From: an uncultured Candidatus Babeliaceae bacterium
GTDB lineage: Bacteria; Babelota; Babeliae; Babelales; Babelaceae
Direction of reading: 5' to 3'
DNA length: 64,000 nucleotides
Assembly: GCA_963704655.1 (NCBI GenBank)
Contig: OY969927.1
Location: forward strand, 128,001-192,000
Every line of letters begins with the position of its first letter. The stretch's first letter is position 1. A model generated the notes under the pieces. It was not told where the DNA came from. It was given only the letters and a program-made list of their open reading frames with translations, and did not search any database. Of this stretch, positions 58,281-64,000 are shown piece by piece. Both the position numbers and the translations under genes were made by a program.

Positions 58281-58856
58281 ATGAAGAGATTTATACGAGT
58301 AACATCTGTTTTTGCACTAGTGCCATTATTTGCTATGCAGAAAGACAATGAAGCGTCATCTGACCTTAAAAATATTCCCTGGTCATTACATTCTGTTGCT
58401 GGGAATGAAAAAGGTTCTTCGTGTCTTAGAACTTTTAAAGTTCAGCAGGGTGAACAAGATATAGAATGGGAACATCTAACTTTTGGGATCAAAGTTAATG
58501 AACGTTGTTTTGGATTTTATGAAACACCATTGCAAGCAGCTGTTAAGCAAGCGGACGTACATTCTGTTAAAAAATTATGTGCTGCAGGTGCTGATAGGCA
58601 TGTTAAAATTAAATGCTCTGAATTTAAGACAGTAAACGAATTAGATGCAGCAGCAAAAGAAGCACATTGCGATTGGATTGAGTATTTTCCTACGCCTGAT
58701 CAGGAAGAAAGATTTATTGTAAAAAAAGTGGGCAATTCTTTAACAGGCATTTCTGCTTTGGATCTTGCGGAAAAGCTTTTAATGCAGACAACATCTGGCT
58801 CTGAATTATTAGCCAGAAGAAAAGCAATTTATGATTTGTTAACGTTACAGCAGTAA
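58281..58856 (+). CDS. Secreted protein with ankyrin-like repeat fragments
   Basis: Signal peptide; TPLQAAVKQADVHSVKKLCAAGAD and GISALDLA. Confidence 0.6.
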   Translation: MKRFIRVTSVFALVPLFAMQKDNEASSDLKNIPWSLHSVAGNEKGSSCLRTFKVQQGEQDIEWEHLTFGIKVNERCFGFYETPLQAAVKQADVHSVKKLCAAGADRHVKIKCSEFKTVNELDAAAKEAHCDWIEYFPTPDQEERFIVKKVGNSLTGISALDLAEKLLMQTTSGSELLARRKAIYDLLTLQQ

Positions 58857-58867
58857 AATATATTTTT

Positions 58868-59446
58868 TTACGGGTTATGTATTTTTTTAGCAAAATGTAA
58901 GTGCCCAGCTTTGACATGGTCATCTGCCATTTTTGCCGCTACTAATGAGAGGGTGATAAATGCTGCAGGGATTATGATATCTTCTGAACGAATTTTTTCT
59001 GGTTCTAAGTAGGCCTTCATTGTTGTTGAAAGCGCTGCACCGAATGCCACCCCCAAAAGGAAATGTTTACCACTGTTAATCCACGCAAGACGCTCTAGTT
59101 CAGGATCTTTTACTACGTATGCTTGTAGCTCAGCAGAACGTCTGAGATTTCGTATTTCATCTTGAATTTCGTAGCATGTGTCTTGACGGTTTTTTGCTCT
59201 GCTTGCAAAAAATGAGTCTGCAAAGATGAGTTGCATAAAGTCTCTATGGCTTATAGGGCAGCGATAGATAGCTTTTGTAGAGATTAATGCTGTTATGCCA
59301 GCAAATGTACCGGCAGAAATAAAACCCTCTCGACAGGTTACATAGTCAGAATCTTGAAGTTTTTGTAGCTGTAGTTCAAAATTGTTATTTTCTGCTGCAG
59401 AAAGCGTTGAAACGGTAACCGTAATGATAAATAAAAAATATTTCAT
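58868..59446 (-). CDS. Secreted/membrane orphan protein
   Basis: Signal peptide plus three hydrophobic segments. Confidence 0.65.
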   Translation of the reverse strand: MKYFLFIITVTVSTLSAAENNNFELQLQKLQDSDYVTCREGFISAGTFAGITALISTKAIYRCPISHRDFMQLIFADSFFASRAKNRQDTCYEIQDEIRNLRRSAELQAYVVKDPELERLAWINSGKHFLLGVAFGAALSTTMKAYLEPEKIRSEDIIIPAAFITLSLVAAKMADDHVKAGHLHFAKKIHNP

Positions 59447-59553
59447 GATAAATCTTTTTTGTAGGTAAAGTCTTGATTTTACTTTTCAGATAAAGTGATT
59501 TTAATCGATAATAGTTTATATTTCAATCTAAGATTTTACTATAGCAATTCTCA

Positions 59554-59610
59554 CATGGTTCGATACACCCGTCTACGCCCAGGCTACGTCGGGCACTCAC
59601 CACGCACGGG
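59554..59610 (-). repeat. Family A repeat with nested family B hairpin
   Basis: TTCGATACAC[CCGTCTACGCCCAGGCTACGTCGGG]CACTCACCACGCACGG. Confidence 0.75.
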
Positions 59611-59647
59611 AATTATTGCAACTTGTTTGAGTTTTACTAACAGGCAG

Positions 59648-59681
59648 AAAAAAAGGGCAAGAAATATTTCTTGCCCTTTTT
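59648..59681. terminator. Intrinsic terminator downstream of 59705..60469
   Basis: AAAAAGGGCAAGAAAT-ATTTCTTGCCCTTTTT perfect inverted repeat. Confidence 0.85.
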
Positions 59682-59704
59682 GTATATCCAATAAAAAAAT
59701 ATTC

Positions 59705-60469
59705 TTATCTATAGCGGCCCGCTAAGGCTTGTTGGCGTATCTCTTTTTCTTGTTTAATAAACTCATTTTTAATGCGCTTCATGCGATTACTTTCTAATTC
59801 CGAAGTATTATTAATCATATTGAGGTAAAAATCCGTAGCGCTGGTAAGAGGCTCTTCTGCTTTGCCCATGTATTTCTGGTAGATGGTTGCGCTTTCTTGT
59901 TTTTGTTGTGCAGATTTTTTGAGCTGGTCGATGAGATTTCTTGCCTCATTATAATCTACCTGACAGGGAACTGAAATTCCTTGATTCGTAAGTATTTTGC
60001 CGCTCAAGTAAGAAACAAGAAGCTGTAAGGCAAGTGTGTCTTTTATGGCCGGTGAGATTGTTACATCATCTAATTGTTTTTGAAGTTCTTGTTGAATAGT
60101 TATACCCTTTTTTAAAGCAGGGTTGTAAATTTCTTTTGCATCTTGCATATCATAATAATAGGAACCAACGGTTGCCAACCCCGCGCCGCCTGCTACTGCT
60201 CCTGCAAGAAAAGCTTTTCCTTGCGAACTTGGCGCAGTTTTTGCTGGGTGGTAAATATTTTGCTCATATTTAACATTTTGTCGTAAGGGCGCCGCTGTAG
60301 AAAATGCACGTTTTGGTGCAGGTCGTATAACACGCGGTGCGCTTGTTTGGCTCATGCGTTTTGCTCCGGTGCGTAAAGCACTTGCCGCTTCACCTGCCAT
60401 GGCGTGTATAAGCTGGCCCATAAAGACGATCGCCCCTAAAAAAATATTTTTTGAAAAATTGCTCTTCAT
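59705..60469 (-). CDS. Secreted protein with mitochondrial-presequence-like region (paralog 1)
   Basis: 23-aa signal peptide ending GQLIHA, then MAGEAASALR...KRAFST; hydrophobic AFLAGAVAGGAGLATVG. Confidence 0.8.
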   Translation of the reverse strand: MKSNFSKNIFLGAIVFMGQLIHAMAGEAASALRTGAKRMSQTSAPRVIRPAPKRAFSTAAPLRQNVKYEQNIYHPAKTAPSSQGKAFLAGAVAGGAGLATVGSYYYDMQDAKEIYNPALKKGITIQQELQKQLDDVTISPAIKDTLALQLLVSYLSGKILTNQGISVPCQVDYNEARNLIDQLKKSAQQKQESATIYQKYMGKAEEPLTSATDFYLNMINNTSELESNRMKRIKNEFIKQEKEIRQQALAGRYR

Positions 60470-60585
60470 AATACCTATTCCCCCCTCTTGGTATATTTTC
60501 TATTACGATTTAATCGTAGCATAGTGTGTCATGCGAACGCAAATTTAAAGGAGCTTTATTCTAAAACGTGCTTTTAATTACTCAA

Positions 60586-60676
60586 TCCTTCGATACATTT
60601 TGCTTGCGCAAAACACTCAGGATGCACGGTCTGGTCGTTAGCCGCTCGTGGTGAGCGTAGTCGAATCCATGCGGCC
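60586..60676. repeat. Two family A-type repeats in opposite orientation
   Basis: TCCTTCGATACATTTTGCTTGCGCAAAACACTCAGGATGCACGG and GCCGCTCGTGGTGAGCGTAGTCGAATCCATGCGGC. Confidence 0.75.
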
Positions 60677-60706
60677 AATTTGATGTTTTTAAATCAAGCT
60701 TTGGTT

Positions 60707-61231
60707 TTACGATCTAGGGGTGCCTGGTAAACGAGATTTTGCGTTGTGCAATAAGTTACTTACTTCGAAATATAATTGCGCAGCTTTTAATTTTTCGGGT
60801 GAATTTTCAGCTTTTACCACCCAGGTATCTAGGATAGTGTTTGCAAAATATTCCAGGAGGTAAATATTATCTGGATGTTTACGTGCTATTTCTGCAATTT
60901 TTTCAAGTTGTGCGCTTGTTCTGTCTGCATAAGGATTTTCTGCAAGAATTCTTGCCCGTTCTGCTTGCGCGGTTTCAGCCGTTAACCGAGGTTGTACCGC
61001 TTTTGAAAAAGTGCGCTTGGTTGTGATGATTGTTGGCTGTCGTAATGTTTGCATGGTGGCGGGTCTTAATGCTGTTCGTGCTTGGGCTATGCGTATGGTG
61101 CCTGTTTGGCCAATACGAGTAAACATCGGCCGTACTGCGCGTGCAGTTTCGTTTATTATCATGCAATGCGTATGTTGCCCCACAAAGAGGGTTAAACCGA
61201 CAAGTACTATTTTTAAAGCTTTATTATTCAT
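60707..61231 (-). CDS. Secreted protein with mitochondrial-presequence-like region (paralog 2)
   Basis: 23-aa signal peptide ending GQHTHC, then MIINETARAVRPMFTR...KRTFS. Confidence 0.75.
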   Translation of the reverse strand: MNNKALKIVLVGLTLFVGQHTHCMIINETARAVRPMFTRIGQTGTIRIAQARTALRPATMQTLRQPTIITTKRTFSKAVQPRLTAETAQAERARILAENPYADRTSAQLEKIAEIARKHPDNIYLLEYFANTILDTWVVKAENSPEKLKAAQLYFEVSNLLHNAKSRLPGTPRS

Positions 61232-61262
61232 AGCACACCCACTTTTACTTTTTAAAACGCTT

Positions 61263-62087
61263 TTATCTTACCCTTCGCCCAAAATAGCCTTTAAAGTAGT
61301 AGTTATCCAGATTAAGAAAGGTTTTTGCAGCATCTGCCATCAGCTTAAGAAATTCCCTATATTCTTTTGAACTTCTGCTAAATTTTGGATTTACACTCAG
61401 AGTAGCATCAAAAAAATCGCCTAAATTTCTTAATGCTAGAACTTTTTCTTCCATTTCCTGATCGGTATAACTTGGAAGAGCTTTTGTTTTAGCAAGCATT
61501 TGGGCTGCTTCTTGCAGGGTAAGATGTGCCGCTTGAGGATATTTTGCCGATACTTTTGGCAGATTAATAGCTCGGGATAGTGCTGCGATGCGATCTTCTA
61601 ATGGCTCTTTATCGACTGGTTTATCTTTATATAAATCTATAATGTTGTTAATACTCTGATAGTTAGCAAGAGCTTTAGAAAGTTTCTCCCGTGCTTTCTC
61701 TAAGCCTTGAATATCATTTGGATTTTTTAGGGCCTCTGCTGCGATTTGTTCAGCCTCATGTGCAGGCATTAGTTGTGCTACACTTTCTGCAATAATTTGT
61801 TTAATTGCTGGCGAAGGTGTTGTTGAATAGTTTCGCACAGGAGCTGGGTATGCCATTCTGGCCATCGGTACAAGATTTTGTGTTGTTTTTGAATAATAGT
61901 TCAAGCTTTTTGTTGGAACTGTTGCTGCCGTCAAAAAGGCACGTCCAGTTGCTGCGCGCGCTTGGCCGCCAAAGCGTGTAACGACTGTACGGGCGGCACT
62001 TGCTGCTTCACTTGCCATGCTGTAAGAAAGCTGACCCATAAAGAGGGCTGAAGCTAAAAGTATAATTTTTAAAGATTTGTTTTTCAT
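61263..62087 (-). CDS. Secreted protein with mitochondrial-presequence-like region (paralog 3)
   Basis: 23-aa signal peptide ending GQLSYS, then MASEAASAARTVVTR...VRNYST; GGGGAG RBS. Confidence 0.8.
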   Translation of the reverse strand: MKNKSLKIILLASALFMGQLSYSMASEAASAARTVVTRFGGQARAATGRAFLTAATVPTKSLNYYSKTTQNLVPMARMAYPAPVRNYSTTPSPAIKQIIAESVAQLMPAHEAEQIAAEALKNPNDIQGLEKAREKLSKALANYQSINNIIDLYKDKPVDKEPLEDRIAALSRAINLPKVSAKYPQAAHLTLQEAAQMLAKTKALPSYTDQEMEEKVLALRNLGDFFDATLSVNPKFSRSSKEYREFLKLMADAAKTFLNLDNYYFKGYFGRRVR

Positions 62088-62250
62088 AATGTCTCCCCAT
62101 TGAATAATTAATATTTCTAACTATGATTTAATTTTATCAAAAAAAGAGATAAAATTGCAAGTAACTGGTTATATTTTAACTATTTTAAACCTTTTTTACA
62201 GATTTTTTCTCATGAAAAAGGGCCGGTAAAACCGACACTTAATGTAAACA

Positions 62251-62280
62251 TTGACAAATATGAATTGAATTTTATATTCT
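62251..62280 (+). promoter_or_regulatory. Putative sigma70 promoter
   Basis: TTGACA followed after 16-18 nt by TATATT/TATTCT, upstream of 62332. Confidence 0.45.
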
Positions 62281-62331
62281 TAAAATATAGTATTATACTA
62301 GTACAAAAATACAAAAAAGAGGGGATATATA

Positions 62332-63162
62332 ATGAAAATTGGTTTTTTAAAGACTGGGCTTTTGGCGCTTGTTGCAGTTACAGTTTCATTGCAAGCAGTT
62401 TATAATGACGTAACGGTTTTAAGTTTTATAAATGAATTGTCAATTCAAGCAGGAGGCAAGCAGCCTGAGATTGCCTATAGAGTATTAAATCCAGATAATA
62501 GCGTAATTCAAGATTGGAAGGTTTTTTCTGGGCAACAGGAAAATGTTAATATTGTTTTGAAAAGAAAAACTGGTAGATTTGAGAAATTAGAATTTAAAGG
62601 GGTTGGCTACGATAGTAAAGGTTGGTACCCTGTGAACTACAAAAAAGATACGCCAAGTTTTTATTATCAACCAGATGGATATAACAAATCGCTTCATATT
62701 AAACTTAAAGAGTTTGAAATAGAAGAAGCCAATGCGCTTGAGACTACGGTTAAAATTAATAAAGTACGTATTGTCTCGATACAAAATTCTTTTGGCGTAG
62801 ACGCTATAGCAACATTTTCTGATGGGCAGGAATTTAATATACCCAAAAATTCAACAGTTACCATAAATATGGTTTCATCTATGCCCCTTTCGTACATAAT
62901 ATTATATGGTGATTATTGGCCCACGACGGGAATGAAACCTATACCTGATAGGATTGACCCATCTTTGGTAGATAAAGATGGTATAGTAAATTTCGCAATC
63001 ATATGGGGTGGAAAAAATTCATCCGATCAGTTTAAAGTGATTGTACCAACAATGCAAGCACAAGCCGCTACTCCAACAAAATTTGGCTTAGGTAGTACTG
63101 GTACAAAAGCTCCTGCGCATGCAGGCAGAAACGCACCTATTGAAGAATTAGGAGTTGATTAA
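62332..63162 (+). CDS. Secreted orphan protein, beta-strand-rich
   Basis: GAGGGG RBS; signal peptide MKIGFLKTGLLALVAVTVSLQA. Confidence 0.78.
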   Translation: MKIGFLKTGLLALVAVTVSLQAVYNDVTVLSFINELSIQAGGKQPEIAYRVLNPDNSVIQDWKVFSGQQENVNIVLKRKTGRFEKLEFKGVGYDSKGWYPVNYKKDTPSFYYQPDGYNKSLHIKLKEFEIEEANALETTVKINKVRIVSIQNSFGVDAIATFSDGQEFNIPKNSTVTINMVSSMPLSYIILYGDYWPTTGMKPIPDRIDPSLVDKDGIVNFAIIWGGKNSSDQFKVIVPTMQAQAATPTKFGLGSTGTKAPAHAGRNAPIEELGVD

Positions 63163-63192
63163 TAAGCATCGACCATAAATAAAAATGTAAAT

Positions 63193-63219
63193 AAAAGGGC
63201 CGCGTAAAACCGGCCCTTT
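63193..63219 (+). terminator. Intrinsic terminator, partly duplicated at 62216-62234
   Basis: AAAAGGGCCG-CGTAAAAC-CGGCCCTTT. Confidence 0.75.
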
Positions 63220-63277
63220 GTTATTTTCTGTTCATGCTTCAAGTCTAGACCGGGGCGGGCAGGCAAGTTTAGACTTT

Positions 63278-63310
63278 ACCCTCCTACGCGCAAGGCTACG
63301 GGGGGCAAGC
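63278..63310 (+). repeat. Family B palindromic element, short form
   Basis: CCCTCCTACGCGCAAGGCTACGGGGGGCAAGC. Confidence 0.65.
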
Positions 63311-63395
63311 AAGACTTTGACAAGATTTGCAGATACGTTATTCTTAAAAGAAACGTATTATAGGCAAAAATACTCGATTTACAGGTATAAAAATT

Positions 63396-63638
63396 ATGAA
63401 AAAAAATCTCCACCCAGAAACAAGAAGAACTGTTTTCAAGGACTCAACAACAGGTAAAACCTTCATCTTAGATTCAGTAATGAAAACTGACAATACTATC
63501 GTTCATGACGATGGCAACGTTTATCCGCTTGTTATGTGTTCTTTAACGAGTGATTCGCACCCATTCTTTACCGGTTCACAAAAACACGTTGATACCGCTG
63601 GCCGTATTGAAAAATTCAATAAAAAATTCAAAATTTAA
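63396..63638 (+). CDS. rpmE: 50S ribosomal protein L31, type B (no Zn-ribbon CxxC)
   Basis: MKKNLHPE...[28 protein letters not shown]. Confidence 0.93.
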   Translation: MKKNLHPETRRTVFKDSTTGKTFILDSVMKTDNTIVHDDGNVYPLVMCSLTSDSHPFFTGSQKHVDTAGRIEKFNKKFKI

Positions 63639-64000
63639 TGGATTCGATTTCAGCAAGCTTAGCCGCTGTTTCGTGGGACAAGCTCGAAGAACGCTATAAA
63701 GTGCTTTCTGACGAGCTTTTAAGCCCGTCAATTGATCAAAAAAAGCGCTCTGCCCTTCAAAAAGAGTTTTCGCATCTTTCTGAGCTTTTAGAACTGTATA
63801 AAAAAATACAGGCCTTTAGCGTTGAACTTGATGCTGTGCGTAAGCAGAAAACTGAGTCTGTTGATGCTGAATACACGGCGTTATTGGAAGAAGAGGAAGT
63901 TTCTCTTGAGCGCCAGATGAATGAAACTGGCTTTGAGCTTGAAAAATTACTCTTCCCCCCAGATGATCTTGATAACAGATCGGTTTTTTTAGAGATCCGT
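63638..64000 (+). CDS. prfA: Peptide chain release factor 1, N-terminal part (runs off window)
   Basis: Not in ORF track; TAATG overlap with rpm[29 protein letters not shown]...LEKLLFPPDDLDNRSVFLEIR; rpmE-prfA gene order is common. Confidence 0.85.
   Translation, partial: MDSISASLAAVSWDKLEERYKVLSDELLSPSIDQKKRSALQKEFSHLSELLELYKKIQAFSVELDAVRKQKTESVDAEYTALLEEEEVSLERQMNETGFELEKLLFPPDDLDNRSVFLEIR

Overview
AT-rich bacterial chromosomal segment. Housekeeping genes (dnaJ, tilS, gyrB, tadA, rpsI, glmS, zwf, gnd, rapZ, sodA, sppA, rpmE, prfA, 4 tRNAs) are interspersed with many orphan proteins carrying N-terminal signal peptides. The gene content (Bax inhibitor-1, Lpg1974-type porin, Sel1/ankyrin-like/PLD secreted proteins, a giant Gly-rich protein with an S74 chaperone domain) suggests, by inference only, an intracellular parasite of protists such as Ca. 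Dependentiae/Babelota (TM6). Most notable observations: (1) three paralogous secreted proteins whose signal peptide is followed by a eukaryote-like mitochondrial presequence with R-x-(F/Y)-S motifs; (2) three single-orphan-gene cassettes bounded by 19-33 bp direct repeats, with no integrase in the window; (3) dispersed, nested palindromic repeats, one copy inserted in frame in zwf; (4) gyrB interrupted by a +1 frameshift inside the TOPRIM domain. All calls come from motif recognition by eye; no searches were run.
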